A DNA stretch of 64,000 nucleotides from Mobula hypostoma (Eukaryota), in contig NC_086097.1 in the NCBI RefSeq assembly GCF_963921235.1, positions 205,408,001 to 205,472,000 on the forward strand. Direction: 5' to 3'. The notes below the pieces were generated by a model. The model searched no databases. It was not told the origin of the DNA and was given only the letters and a program-made list of their open reading frames with translations. Positions 22,965 through 36,695 of this stretch are shown piece by piece (the first letter of the stretch is position 1; each line of letters opens with the position of its first letter). Made by a program: the position numbers and the translations under genes.

Positions 22965-24310
22965 GTCATAAAGAAGTACAGCACAGAAACAGGCACCTCG
23001 CCCATCTAGTCCATGCCAAAAACCATTTAAACTGCCTACTTGCAATGTCCTGCACTGGGAACATAGCCCTCCATATGCCTACTATTCATGTATATATCTA
23101 AACTTCTCTTAAACCTTGAAATCAAGCTTGCATGAACCTCTTGTGCTGACAGCTCTCACGGCCCTCTGAGTGAAGAAGTTTCCTCTCATGTTCCGCTCAA
23201 ATTCTTACCTTTTACCCTTAAGCCACGACTTCTCATTATAGACCCACCCAACTTCAGTGGAAAAAGCCTGCTTGTATTTACCCTATCTATACGCCTCATG
23301 GATTTGTATACCTCTATCAAATCTCCTCTCAATCATCTATATTCTGAAGCGTACAGTCCTATCCTACTCAATCTTTCCTTATAACTCACGTCTTCCAGAC
23401 CCGCCAACATACTTGTAAATTTTCTCTGCACTCTTTCAACCTTGTTTATGCCTTTCCTGTACTTAGGTGACCAAACCTGCACACAATACTCAAAATTAGG
23501 CCTCAGCAACATCTAATACAACTTCAACATAACAACCTATCTCCTGTACTCAATACATTGACTTATGAAGGCCAATGTGCCGAAAGCTTTCTTTATGACC
23601 CTATCTACCTGTGGCGCCACTTTCAATGAATTATGGACCTGTATTCCCAGATCCCTTTGTTCTACCACATTCCTCAGTGCCTGACCATTCACTGTGTAAG
23701 ACCTACCCTGTGTAAAATCTTGCACTTGTCTGCATTAAATTCCATCTGCCATTTTTCAGCACACTTTTCCAGCTGATGCGGATCCCTCGACAAGCCACGA
23801 TAGCCTTCCCGACTGTCCATTACACTCCCAATCTTGGTGTCACCAGCAAATTTGCTGATCCAGTTAATCACAATATCATCCAGATCATTCATATAAATGA
23901 CAAACAGCAAAGGACCCAGACCTGTGGCCTCCAGTCAGAGAGGCAATCCTCTATATCCACCCTCTGGCTTCTCCCACAAAGCCAATGTCTAATCCAATTT
24001 ACTACACCTCATCCTCAGTAACTAAACCTTCTTGACCAGCCTCCCATGTAGTACCTTGTCAAAGGTCTTACTATATTCCATGTCGACAACATCCACTGCG
24101 TTGCCTTCATCCACTCTCTTGGTAGCTTCCTCAGAAAAACTCTGTAAGATTGGGTTAGATATGATCTACCACGCACAAAGCCATGCTGACTATCCCTAAT
24201 CAGTCCCTGTCTATCAAAATACTTATATACCCAGTCCCTTAGAATACCTTGCAATAACTTTCCCACAACTGGTCAGATTCACTGGTTATAACTTCCAGGT
24301 TTCCTGGGTT
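22965..24310 (-). mobile_element. CR1 LINE RT to 3' end, degraded
   Basis: QGLIRDSQHGFVRGRS, KFAGDTKIG, EKWQMEFNADKC, 3' tail. Confidence 0.88.
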
Positions 24311-26675
24311 CTGCAGAAATGTAGGCTGAAAAAGTTGGAAAGAGGAGAGATAGGAAGCAGATATTGGCAGATTCTAAGGAAGGAAGATGGTCTCTGAGTG
24401 TGCTCAAATTGCATCTCCATTGGCTCCATGCTCAGATGGAAATTTTCTAAGTTAGGCTCTGTAACAAGGAGAACAAGGTTTGCACACTCATGACCATGCA
24501 TGCCCATCGCCAATATTGCCATGAGTAGGTATGGGTTAAATTATTTAGTACACCTATTTAAATAGGAATTAATTTATGTTCCACCTGTCTTTTGAGCGGT
24601 TGATTGATCAAAATAAGTTTCTTATTCAAATGTTTTTTGGGACCGATGAATTCCATAAAGCCTTATCTAAAACTTTATTGAGATCTGGCAGCATCCCTCC
24701 CCGAACTACCAGATTGGGAGTTGAGTGAGACCAAAGTTTGGGGAGGTAAATTTGAATAATACGAAGTGTTCTCGTTCAGCAAGAGGAATTGGAATAACTG
24801 TTTAGGAGCTTCAGAATATTTGCATTCTGCCACTGGACTCCTAATCAGGCCCAGTTTTGGATTATGTCTAGAACACTGACAGCAGAGCTCAGCCAATATC
24901 CCAGCACCATCACATTTACATCAGAGTTCTGAACCTTCTGAGACTTAGCAGATTCAGTGTAGAGGAAGGTGTGCATGTGTGTGTGTGCAGCAAGTCCTAC
25001 AGATTGGTTCAGAACTGCAGGCAATTCAAGGTAAATGCAGTCAGCTAACATTTTACTGTATGTTTCCATATCAGCCTGGGATCTTCATCTAACTAGTCAT
25101 TTTGTTTCTCTACTTAATGCCATTTCCATGCTGATGTTACTCATTCACTGTTTTTTGACCATGGGTGTTTGTCCCCCATAAAATGTAGCTGTCACCCTGG
25201 AATGTAAAGTACTATCATTGATTGCAAATACTGATCACAATACCTCTAACAGAGCAGCTTTAAAAACTGATCTCCTACATCATTGGAAAACTTGTTTATC
25301 CTACAGCCAAATCCAACTGTAATATTGGAGTACAGAGACAGCAGAAAAAAAATTGAATTGACCTCACTTTTTAACTTAAATAAATAATGACTCTTTGACC
25401 ATGCTATTGGTCCTATAAAGTAAGTCCATTAAATTTCTCCATTTACAGTGGTAACAAAAATGATAACTTTTCATTTTATTTTAACAGTATATTGCTTTAC
25501 ATGAAATGATGTTCTGGCAAATGTCAAAGAAATATGAACATTGTATGGGCAATTGCTATCTATAAAATTATGTGCAGTAAAAGGCCTGCAAACCTTGCCA
25601 CTTAAGGCTGGCTCAAATTGAACAGTAAAACATGAAAAATATACAGAAACAAACATCATCAGTCAGAACATTCCATGCTCACTCGATAATTAATTGTATT
25701 ACTATAGATTCAGTTTGGAATAAACTGCAAAATATAGTTAATTAAAATACATAAGATACACAAGTATTATATGCATTTATGACAATTAGTTTTAATCAAC
25801 AATTTCCAAGAGCATTTATTTTTTGTTTAGATTTTGACAATGTTTGTGACCAATAACTGATTTTTGCTGATGCATAATAGCATAAATTGCCTCTTGAAGA
25901 CTATGGATGTTGGCTAATAGTACTAATTTCTGAAGGGCCATTAGCTCATGTTTACAAGAGAATCTACAGATGCTGAAAACCTTTCTGGAGGGAAACACTT
26001 CAGCGAGGTGGACTTAACTGAGGCCTACTTACAGATGGAGGTAGAAGAAGAGTCCAAAGTATTTCCCACCATTATCACTCACAAAGGACAGTATCACTAT
26101 AATAAGCCTATCTTTGGAGTAGCAACTGCACCTGTACTCTGGCAAAAAGTTATCATCCAGGTGCTGCAAGGCTGCCTAGGTACTCAATGTTATCTGGATG
26201 ACATCATTGTTACCAGTAAAGATAACAAGGAACATCTCCAAAATCTCAAGACAGTGTTAAAAAGATTTGAAGATTATGGGCTCAGAGCACAATGCAACGA
26301 GGGAGAATTCTTTAAACCAAGCATCACTTACTGTGGTCACACCATCAATGCACAGGGATTACACAAGTGTGTAGAGAAAATTCAAGCACATGTCAGTTGC
26401 GGTCATTTTTAGGATTTGCCAATTACTATAACAGGTTCCTGCCAAACCTGGCTACTGTGCTCCACCCCTTGTACTCATTACTACAGATAGGAAAAAAGTG
26501 GCAATGGACAGAGCAGTGTGAGGTGGGTTTCAAAAAGGTAAAGGAAATAGTGATGTTAGATACTGTACTCACACATTAATATCCACCTAGTCCAATAAAG
26601 CTTGGCTGTGACACTTTGCCTTATGGTATAAATGCAGTCATGTCATATGTTATATGTGATGAAAGTGAACGTTCT

Positions 26676-27470
26676 TAGAACCATAGAACATTACAGCACA
26701 GAAACAGGCCTTTTGGCCCTACTTGGCTGTGCCAAACCATTTTTCTGCCTAGTCCCAGTGACCTACACCTGGACCATATCCCTCCATACAACTTTCATCC
26801 ATGCACCTGTCCAAGTTTTTCTTAAATGTTAAAAGTGAGCCCGCATTTACCACTTCATCTGGCAGCTCATTCCACACTTTCACCACTCTCTGTGTGAGGA
26901 AGCCCCCCATAATGTTCCCTTTAAACTTTTCCCCCTTCACCCTTAACCCATGTCCTCTGGTTTTTTTCTCCCCTAGCCTCAGTGGAAAAAGCCTGCTTGC
27001 ATTCGCTCTATCTATACCCATCATAATTTTATATATCAAATCTCCCCTCATTCTTCTACGCTCCAGGAAATACAGTCCTAACCTATTCAACCTTTCTCTG
27101 TAACTCAGTTTCTCAAGTCCCAGCAACATCCTTGTAAACCTTCTCTGCACTCTTTCAACCTTATTAATATCCTTCCTGTAATTTGGTGACCAAAACTGCA
27201 CACAATACTCCAAGTCTGGCCTCATTAATGCCTTATACAACCTCACCATAACATTCCAACTCTTATACTCAAAACTTTGATTAATAAAGGTCAATGTACC
27301 AAAAGCTCTCTTTACGAACCTATCTACCTGTGACACCACTTTCAGGGATTTTTTTATTTGTATTCCCAGATCCCTCTGTCCTACTGCACTCCTCAGTGCC
27401 CTACCATTTACCTTGTATGTTCTACCTTGGTTTGTCCTTCCAAAGTGCAATGCCTCACACTTTACCTTTA
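26676..27470 (-). mobile_element. CR1 3' fragment nested in the Gypsy pol
   Basis: ORF 26749..27450 (MHFGRTN...LEYCVQFWSP...WNELP) plus 3' tail, sitting between Gypsy RT and RNase H segments. Confidence 0.92.
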
Positions 27471-28180
27471 TAAGGTCCCTTTACCTTTCTACCATGTTCC
27501 ATTACTGCTGCAGAGAAAATTGTACACAGATTGATAGAGAGGACTTGAATCTGGTTTGGATGTAGAATGTTTTAACAAGTGCTCGTATGGGAGAGAGTTT
27601 ACTTTCATTACTGATCATCAACCACTACAGTCCATTTTCAGTCCACATAAGGGTTCCACTAACAACAGCAGCAGAAGAGCAGAGATGGGCTTTGTTTCTT
27701 GAAGGACACAATTACAAGATGGAATTCAAGAGGACATCTAATTATGGAAATGCTGATGGGTTGTCCCATTTGCCCTTAGAAAAGGGAGTACTGGAAAAAC
27801 TTACAAAAAAAAGGACATTCTTCTTGAAATATTCTCTTTAATGCAAGTTGAAAATCTCCCTATTACGGCAGAGATAATCCAAAGGCAAAGCAGAAAAGAT
27901 CCCACACTGTTTCAGGTCACATGACCACCCAAAATGGCTGGTATGTGCAGCAGAAACTCCAGTTCTCCAATTTTTACCAGTGCCTGGATGAACTTACCCT
28001 TCACAGGGGCTGCCTTATGAGGGGATTGGGATGTTGTCCAACCCAAGCTGAGAGCTGAACTGTTGGAGGAGCTACATACCAGTCACTTAGGTGTGGTCAA
28101 AATGAAAGCATTGAAATAAAGCTTTGTTTGGTAGCCTCGGATAGATTAGTAAATTGAGCAACTCGCCATGAGCTGTTCAG

Positions 28181-28245
28181 GATGCCAACATATCCAGAAG
28201 ATGCCAACATGTCCAGAAGATGCTAACATGTCCAGAAGATGCCAA
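28181..28245. repeat. 19-bp tandem repeat, about 3.4 copies (gatgccaacatgtccagaa)
   Basis: Directly visible, at the integrase zinc-finger CxxC. Confidence 0.85.
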
Positions 28246-30779
28246 GAGCAGTGCCTCTACCTCCCTGGGAATGGCCTTCATTTCCTACTAGTACTAGATG
28301 TAGCTACAAAGTGGCCGGGTGTGTTTTCAAAAGCTTCCACTACAGCCTCGTACGCTGCTGATGAGTTAAGAAGCCTGTTCTCAAAAGCACTGGTGTTCCA
28401 GAACATCGAGTCAGTGACAATAGACCATAGTTTATGGTGGAACAGTTTCAGTCATTACTGAAAATGAATGGAATAAGACATATTACATCTGCACCGTTCC
28501 ACCCAGCTGCAAATGGCTTGGTGAAAAGATTTGTCCAAAGTCTAAGGAACATAATGTGAGCAATGTCAGCAGAATACACTACACTGACACTGAGTCAGAA
28601 GCTCACCAATTTCCTCCTTGCATATCACAATGCAGCATACCCCACAGCCAACAATTCACTAGCTATGCTATTCCTGGGTTGTCCCTTGCGTTTATGGCTG
28701 GATCTCCTCATACCCAATCTGAGAAGGAGAATGCAGCACAAACAATTGAGACAAATTGAGGGCTCCTCAAACAAGAAGGTTCAATTTTTCATTCCTGAAC
28801 AAGCATCCCTGGCGAGGGACTACAAAGGTGATCTAAAGTGTACTCAGAAAGATTAAGAACTGGACCTGTCCACTCCCCTGCACAATGGAGATTGTGTCTG
28901 ATATCATCAATCAGTTGAGGAAAGCAGAGCCAATTGTTAGAAAAGAAAGATTGCTACCACTGTCAGAACCACTCCCGCAGTCTCAGAGTCATCTCCCACA
29001 ACCAGCACGGAGGAGGCCCCACCACCTGAGATCGTTTCACAGTTGCTAGTCACACCTGACAAGCAGAGTGATCACCCTTGTCTGGAAAGACGTTATCCCA
29101 AAAGAGCAAGAAACCTTCCACAACAACTAAATCATTAATGTTATTGTTGAATCTACTTCAGTCGGTACACCCCAAAAAATAACACCCTGTATAAAGGAGT
29201 CTTCATGTTGGTTTGACCTTCAATTTGTCTCTGTTTACCAGCAAAATTCCTCTGGAACCAGTTTCTCCTCACATATTCTATTAAATCTCGTCATGATTTT
29301 CAACAGTTCTATTGAACTTCCTCTTAGCGTTCTATGCCCTAAGATAAATAGAGTTAGATTCTCCAGTGTCTTTACAAGATTAAGTTCCTCTTCCATGGTA
29401 CTATTTTAGGAAAACTCTTCTGCACCTACCCAAGTCCTTGACAATCTTCCTGAATTGTGGTGCCAAGAAATGAAAGTCACAGTTATGCTAATAATAAAAA
29501 AAATATCTATTTGTAGTTTTTCTGCTCCTTAATTAATAAAGCCCAGGATCCTGTATGATTCTTAACTGTCTTCTCAACTTGCACTTTGTGTACAATCTAC
29601 CTGCACCACTTCAATATCTTCATAATGGGTTCATATTATCCTTCTATTGAAATAACCTTATATTATATGGGTTCACATAAACTGTGTATTGCAACATAAA
29701 TTTCATGAGAAACAGGTGTTAAGGAGAAAACAGATTTACTATTCAGTGTGCGAACCCCGCTTTTCCTTTTGTGTTTTCTGCAATTCTAATTCACTGATGA
29801 CCAGAGGTGTGTAGAGACGTCTAGGGTGTACAATACATTCTTGGATGCACTGTCTGCAGTTTGCAAGGTGTGGTCCAATGGTGCAGAAACAGCCCAGAGC
29901 ATATGTCAGGTCTGCTTTGGTGCAAGTTTAGGGCAATCTGAGATACATCCACTCTTTCCCTCTTGAGGTTGTTCTACTTCAGGCTGCCCAAGTGATCCAC
30001 TTCTGATTAATAAATCACCAAGTTCTTTTTCTCACCCCTACCACTGCTAAGCTACCGCCTATATCCAAATCGTAGCCCTACACTCGCTCCATTTCAACTC
30101 AAACCATAACGTTATTCTAAGCCATTCTCCACTGTCACAACTATGAGTCTAACATCAGAAGATGTTCACGAAACTAACCCTATACATCCCCAAGCATGTC
30201 TTGACAAATCCTGTAGTGAGTCTGGCAGAGCTCTCAATAGACAATTACATGTCCAAGATCCCCAATAAAAAGCTAATCCTTGATTACAGGCCCAAAATGT
30301 GTCCACTACATCCGCACTCCCAGTTAGCCAATCATGACTATTCACCATAACCCAACCAAATTCCTGAAACTGCTCTCATTTCTCGCACTACTTGTGACCA
30401 CTCTCTCACCACCTCCTAACTTTGCAGCCTGTTAGAGTATACAACAGCATTTCACAACAGGCATTTTTGAGAAAAAAAGCATTAATCCACTTTGCACCAT
30501 AAATCAAGTTGCCTTCCAAGACATCAAAGAATTTCTAGGGCAATATCTCTCCTCATTCCCTGTCAAATTATTCTTCTGAGTTAAATTTGCTGTGTCATGA
30601 GTTTGTCCATTAATGGTTTGCAGATGACTGCTGCTGTTCTCCTCTTCGTTAATTAAAGTTCTGAGTTTCATTTCATCTGCAATCCTTGAAATTATGTCCT
30701 GTATATTCAAGCACAGATTATTAATGTTTATCCAAAATATAGTTGTCCAAATTCTAAACTTTAGGCAATAAATAAAGTC

Positions 30780-31250
30780 ACATAGTCATAGAACACTGCA
30801 GCACACATAAACAGACTATTTGGCCCATCTAGTCTGTGCAAAAACATTAATCTGACTAGTCCCATCACCCAGCACCTGGACCATAGCCCTCCATACTTTT
30901 CCTATCCATATACCTATCAAAATTTATCTTAAAGGTTGAAACTGAACCCGCATCCACCACTTGCACTGGCAGCTCATTCCACACTCTCATCCTCTCTCAT
31001 GATCCCATTTAACATATCACCACTTACCCTTAAACCATGATCTCTAGTTGTAGTCTCTCCCTACCTCAATGGAAAAAGCCTGCTTAAGTTTGCCCTATCC
31101 ATACCTTCATAAATTTGTATACCTCTATTAAATCTCCTCTCAATCTTCTACATTCTAGACCGGATCTATTCAACCTTTCCTGATAACTCAAATCCTCAAG
31201 TCCCAGCAACATCCTCGTAAATTTTCTCTGCACTCTTTCAATCTTACTTC
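30780..31250 (-). mobile_element. CR1 3' end
   Basis: catagtcatagaacactgcagcac tail and RT C-terminal remnant. Confidence 0.8.
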
Positions 31251-32259
31251 CTCATGCCTTCTTTTATCCCTTATGATTTCCTTCTAAGTGTTCTCTTGCA
31301 TTTCTTATACTCCTCAAGTACATCACATGCTCCTTCCTGCCTATACGTACTATGTACGTCGTCCTTTTTTCACCATTTCTCTCAAGAACTCTAAATCCTG
31401 GGGAATGCTGGAACTCTAAATCCTGTGGACTGTGGAATCCATATAATGTGGTCATACCTTACTTATTCCTCAGTTTTACCCATAAAGTCTCAGTAGATGA
31501 GCTCTTCAGTCTGTTCCGTCTGAGCACTGTCATGACATTTTCCCTTACTAGTAATGCCAACCCTCCTACTCTAACATATCTAAAACCCTGGAACACTAAG
31601 CTGCCAGTCCTGCCCATTCTCGACCAAGTTTCACTAACGGCTAGAGTGTCATAATTTCACGTGCTGATCCATGTGCTAAGCTCATCTGCCTTTCCTACAG
31701 TACTCATTACATTGAAATATACACAGCCCAGAACATTATTTCCACCATGTTCAACCTTTTGATTCCTGACTTTGTATGTAGGTTTAGCAGCTTTCTCCAT
31801 CCACAACTACTCCACTATCTGTTCTGGTGCTCTGGCTCCCATCCCCCTACAACTCTAGTTTAACCTTCCTATGTACTGCACTACCATAACTTTCCCACTA
31901 CCATATTAGTCCCCCTCTAGTTTAGGTGCAAACCAACCCTTCTGTATTGGTCCCCGCTTCCTGGAAGAGAGCCCAATAATCCAAAAACCTGAAGCCCTCC
32001 CTCCTGCAATAATTACCTTAGCCACGTGTTGAACTGTATGATCTTCCTATTTCTGGTCTCATTGGCGTGTGGCACCAGTAGCAATCCTGAGATCGCAACC
32101 CCGGAATTCCTGTCCTTCAACTTAGCACCTCACTCCCCGAACTCACTTTGCAGGACCTCGTCATCGGATCCGACGTGAACCACAACCTCTGGCTGCTCAT
32201 CCTACCACTTGGGAATACTGTGGACTGGATCTAAGTAGTAGATCTAAGCCTCTGTAACA

Positions 32260-32655
32260 CCCAAGACACCTTCAAGGAGGGGTACTTCAGGAAGGTGATT
32301 TCTATCATTAAGGACTCCCACCACCCACGGCATGCCCTCTTCTCATTGTTACCATCAGGAAGGAGATACAGAAGCCTGAAAGCACACACTCAACTGTTCA
32401 GGAACAGCTTCTTCCCCTCTGCTGTCCGATTTCTAAACGGACATTGAACTCATAAGCACTACCTCACTTTTCTAATGTTTATTATTTCTGTTTTTGCTCT
32501 ATTTTTAATCTATTCAATATACATATACTGTAATATATTTGCTTATTTTTTCCCTTTCTATGTTATCATGTATTGCATTGAACTGCTGCTGCTGCTAAGA
32601 TAACAAATTTCATGACACATGCTGATGAAAATAAAACTGATTCTGATTCTGAAAA
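32260..32655 (+). mobile_element. Rex1/Babar 3' end
   Basis: SIIKDSHHPRHALFSLLPSGRRYRSLKAHTQLFRNSFFP and tail ctgattctgattctg. Confidence 0.85.
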
Positions 32656-32714
32656 AAAAAGTTGTCCCCAACCCTGGCACCTGGGAGACAACATAATATT
32701 CTGGAATCTCGTTC

Positions 32715-33165
32715 TATAGTCATAGTCATACTTTATTGATCCCGGGGGAAATTGGTTTTCGTTACAGTTGCACCATAAATAATAAATAGTAATAGAACCA
32801 TAAATAGTTAAATAGTAATATGTAAATTATGCCAGTAAATTATGAAATAAGTCCAGGATCAGCCTATTGGCTCAGAGTGTCTGACCCTCCAAGGGAGGAG
32901 TTATAAAGTTTGATGGCCACAGGCAGGAATGACTTCCTATGACTCTCTGTGTTACATCTCGGTGGAATGATTCTCTGGCTGAATGTACTCCTGTGCCCAC
33001 CCAGTACATTATGTAGTGGATGGGAGACATTGACCAAGATGGTATACAACTTAGATAGCATCCTCTTTTCAGTCACCACCTTCAGAGAGTCCAGTCCCAT
33101 CCCCACAACATCACTGGCCTTACGAATGAGTTTGTTGATTCTGTTGGTGTCTGCTACCCTCAGCC
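32715..33165 (-). mobile_element. Rex1/Babar-type LINE 3' end, second subfamily
   Basis: NRINKLIRKASDVVG...SHPLH...RKSFLPVAIKLYN and tail aataaagtatgactatgactatag. Confidence 0.8.
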
Positions 33166-33899
33166 TCACTTCTTTCTTTTCCCCTAACTTATGAATCCCC
33201 TATCACTCCAGTTCACCTATGCTCTCCATTTCCCTTCTGAACCACAGAGCCAATCTCAGTGCCAGAGACCTGACCACTGATGCTTCCCTCTGCTAGGGTA
33301 TCTCCCCCCAACAGTAACCAAAGCAGTATACCTGTTGCTGAGGAAAATGGACACAGGGACTGCATGTCCCTTTTCCCCTTCCTAACAGTCACCCAGTTAC
33401 GATCTGGAGTTCATCCATTTCCTGCTCCAATTCCCTAACACGGCCCATAAGAAGCTTTATCTGGATGCATTTCTTGTAGGTGTATTTGTCAATGACACCA
33501 GAGGTCTTCCTGCCTTCCCACATCCCGCAAGAGGAAAATTCCACTATCTTGCCTGACATCCCCACTGCTGTAAATGTGCATTAAGAAAGAATGAATAAAT
33601 AGCGAAAATAAAATATACCTATGCCTCACTTCGCCCAAAGACTTGATGAGCCAAAGACTCAACTCTCTATTCTATCACTGGGCAATTCATGCATTTGCCA
33701 CTCCACTTGAACCTAACTTATTTTTATTGGACCTTGCCAAGTGCCTAATTATACACAATCCAATGTCTCTGTGGGAAATGTGGTGGTCAAAATGTCCTAT
33801 CTGCCCTCACTTGCTTCTTTCAATCTCTCTCTCTCTCCCTGTACATAATCCATTGTCTCCTCGGGAACTGTGGCATGCAAAATGCAAATATGAATAGAC

Positions 33900-34420
33900 T
33901 TCAGTCTGAAAACAAATCATCACTACTGGGATGTATCAATATAGGCATTGAGTACAACAGGAACTCATACAGAAGCTTTATTACACTCTACTGTAGCCTC
34001 AGCTGTAGTAATATGTTTGGTCCTGATCATGCCGTTATAGGAAGAATGTGAAGGCCATGCAGAAGCTCCTGTGATGAGGGACAATAACTGTGAGGATAGA
34101 CTGAAGAGGCTGGCACTGTCTTCTTTGGAGAAGGGAAAGTGAGGAGAGATTTGTTTGTAGGATATAAAATGAGCAGGTATCAAATACAATGGAAAGAGGG
34201 AGCTTTTCCCCTTGATGGCGAGGTCAAGGTATAGAGGTCATAGGTATTAAATAAAGGGGAGGAGAAGTGACATTTGACATGAGGAATCACTCTTCAGAGT
34301 GGATTTGGGATCCAGGATGCACTATCTGCAGATGATGTGGGCAGGTCCCATTATGTCCTCAAATGGCAATAGGATAAATAAATGCTGAGGAAAATGAACC
34401 AGACCAGAGTCAAAGGACTG
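33900..34420 (+). mobile_element. Old CR1 RT C-terminal remnant
   Basis: Decayed EDRLKRLALSSLEK..RGDL motif. Confidence 0.55.
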
Positions 34421-34469
34421 GTGAGCTGCTTCAGTAGACACAGGTATGGAAGTAATGAACCCTATCCAG

Positions 34470-34770
34470 TTTCTGTTCAGAGATCTAATGATAAAAATCA
34501 GGGGTATATTCATATGCAGTACTGAAGAAACATTCTACTGTTAGAGGTAACACACATCAAAATTGCTGGTGAACGTCTGCAAAGTTGCTGGCCTGCTGCG
34601 TTCACCAGCAACTTTGATGTGTTTTGCTTGAATTTCCGGCATCTGCAGAATTCCTCTTGTCTACTCTTAGAGGTACTACTTTTCAGATAAAATGTAACAT
34701 GAGGTCCTGTCTGCCTCTTAGGTAGAAGTAAAGGACCTGGGAAGTAAGAGGAGTAAGAACTCCTCTATAA
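34470..34770 (+). mobile_element. Deu-domain SINE remnant (SacSINE/AmnSINE-like)
   Basis: cagtactga...ctgttagaggt...ttttcagat...gaggtcctgtctgcctcttaggtaga.gtaaagga resembles the Deu core as recalled from memory. Split by the 34550-34660 insert. Confidence 0.55.
34550..34660. mobile_element. 111-bp fold-back PLE-tail insertion
   Basis: 15-bp TSD ctact(g/c)ttagaggta at 34535-34549 and 34661-34675. Arms acacatcaaaattgctggtgaacg and cgttcaccagcaactttgatgtgt. Confidence 0.85.
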
Positions 34771-35109
34771 TAGCTTTGCTATCACAGATGCATCCACCAT
34801 AGGTTAACTAGCCTTTATTGAACTGCTATTAGTGAGACCTTTTCTTGTGCTATGTTTTTTAAATTGCAACAGCAAACATGCTTCAAAAAGCTCTTCATTT
34901 AAAGCACTTAGGGACTTCCTGAAGTCATAAAAGGCAATTCTCTTTCTAGGATCAATAATTGATTTACACTTGAATAATTCAACAATGCTTGGACATACAG
35001 TATCTTGTTTCTGACTATGTTTGTTCTCATTCCAATTAGTGGATTGCACCTAATTGTTTAGTCAAACTGATAAAGAACTTATCAAGAATAACCTGTTCTA
35101 AGCAGGCTT

Positions 35110-36370
35110 CAATTTTCCAGTGCCTAAGAAGAACGTGGTAACCTGCCTCAGTGACTATCATCCAGTAGCACTTACATCCACAGTAATAAAGTGTTTTGAG
35201 CATCTAGATAGCAATAATGCAGGGTGTTCTTTAACAAATACAGCTTTGTATACAATGATATCATCCCCTCAAAACTAATCAATAAGCTTCAAGACCTTGG
35301 CCTTAATACCTCCTTGTGCATTTGGATCCTCAATTTCCTCACTTGCAGACCTCAGCCAGTTTCGATTGGCAACATCTCCTCAAAAATTTCCATCAGTACA
35401 GGTGCACCACATGGCTGTGAGCTTTTCCCCCTGCTCTACTTGCTTTACACTAATAATTGTGTGGCTAAATATAGCTCCAATGCCATATTTTAATTTGCTG
35501 ATAACATCACTGTAGTTGGCTGAATCGAAGGTGGTGGCAAATCAGCACATGCGGGGGGGGGGGGGGATTCAAAACCTGCCTGAGTGGTGCCACAACAACA
35601 ACCTCTTATTCAATGTTAGCGAGACCAAGGAGCTGATTATTGACTTCTCATCAGAAGATCAGAAGTGGAGAGGGTCACCAACGTTAAATTCCTCTGAGTT
35701 ATCATTTCAGAGGACCCGACCTGACCAGAACAGAAGTGTAACTATGAAGAAAGTACGACAGTGCTTTTACTTCCTTAGAAGTCTGCAGAGATTCGGCATG
35801 ACATCTAAAACTTTGACAAACTTTTATAGCTGTGTGGTGGAGAGTATATTGACTGGTTGCATCATTGCCTGGTATGGAAACACCAATGCCCTTGATAGGA
35901 AAATCCTACATAAAGTCCTGGATTAGGCCTAGTTCATCATGGGCAAAGCCCATCACACCATTGAGTACATCTACACGGAGCATTGTCACAGGACAGCAGC
36001 ATCTATCATCAGGGAATGCCTCCCTTCAGGACATGCTCTCTTCTCAAGGCTGCCGTCAGGAAGAAGGTACAGGAGCCTCAGGACTCGCAACTCCAGGTTC
36101 AGGAAGAGTAATTACCCCTCTATCATCAGGATCTTGAACAAGAGTGGATAATTTCACTCAGCTACACTTGCCCAATCACTGAACTGTTCCCACAACCTAT
36201 GGACTCACTTTCAAGGACTTTTTATCTCATGCTCTTGATATTTATTGCCTATTTATTATTATTATTAGTTATGTTTTCTTCCTTTTTATATTTGCACTGT
36301 TTGTTGTCTTTTTCACCCTTGTTGTTTGCTTGTTGGTGTGGTCTTTTATCAATTCTATTATGATTATTGG
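35110..36370 (+). mobile_element. Rex1/Babar LINE RT to 3' UTR, degraded
   Basis: [62 protein letters not shown]. Confidence 0.88.
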
Positions 36371-36695
36371 ATACCGGTTTGTTTCTTTCTCTGTTAACTG
36401 TTTGATAAATTTGAAAATTAGTAACTGTACTTCCTTTAGAATTTTGTGCTGGTGTTCGATTTGTCATTTCTGGGCTACTGATAACAGTGTACGGGCCGTA
36501 TTTACACATCATTTGCTCAAATCGAGGGTGCTTTAATCGGAACATCACAACGTACCTGTTGGTTGAACCCCAAATCATACCGATCCTACACGTGTTGTTT
36601 ATGAAAGGCAGCCTTCTCACCGCTGAGTCACGTGGCTGTTAGCGGGGTTAGCTAATGAGCCAAGTTGGTGTACGAGCCCTGGTGAGAGGGTTACA
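36371..36695 (+). mobile_element. Probable LTR 3' fragment
   Basis: CpG-containing block that begins abruptly after the Rex UTR and ends gagagggttaca, an LTR-like ...TTACA terminus. Confidence 0.4.

Larger units (their letters stand above)
25950..29135 (+). mobile_element. Gypsy LTR retrotransposon pol (RT, RNase H, integrase), degraded
   Basis: FSEVDLTEAYLQ, FGVATAP, CYLDDII, LRSFLGFANYYNRF, RWALFL, GNADGLS, HPAANGLVKRFV, C-terminal RRYPKR. Confidence 0.9.
31430..33600 (-). mobile_element. CR1 5' region (ORF1 and endonuclease start), interrupted by two Rex pieces
   Basis: ORF1 zinc-finger-like SSCGMWE...YTYKKCIQIKLL at about 33450-33540. Endonuclease QDWQL..PGF motif at about 31580-31620. 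Homologous to 18280-19040. Confidence 0.75.

Noticed and set aside
28181..28245. CRISPR-like array
   Set aside because: Head-to-tail repeat with no spacers, in a vertebrate retroelement.
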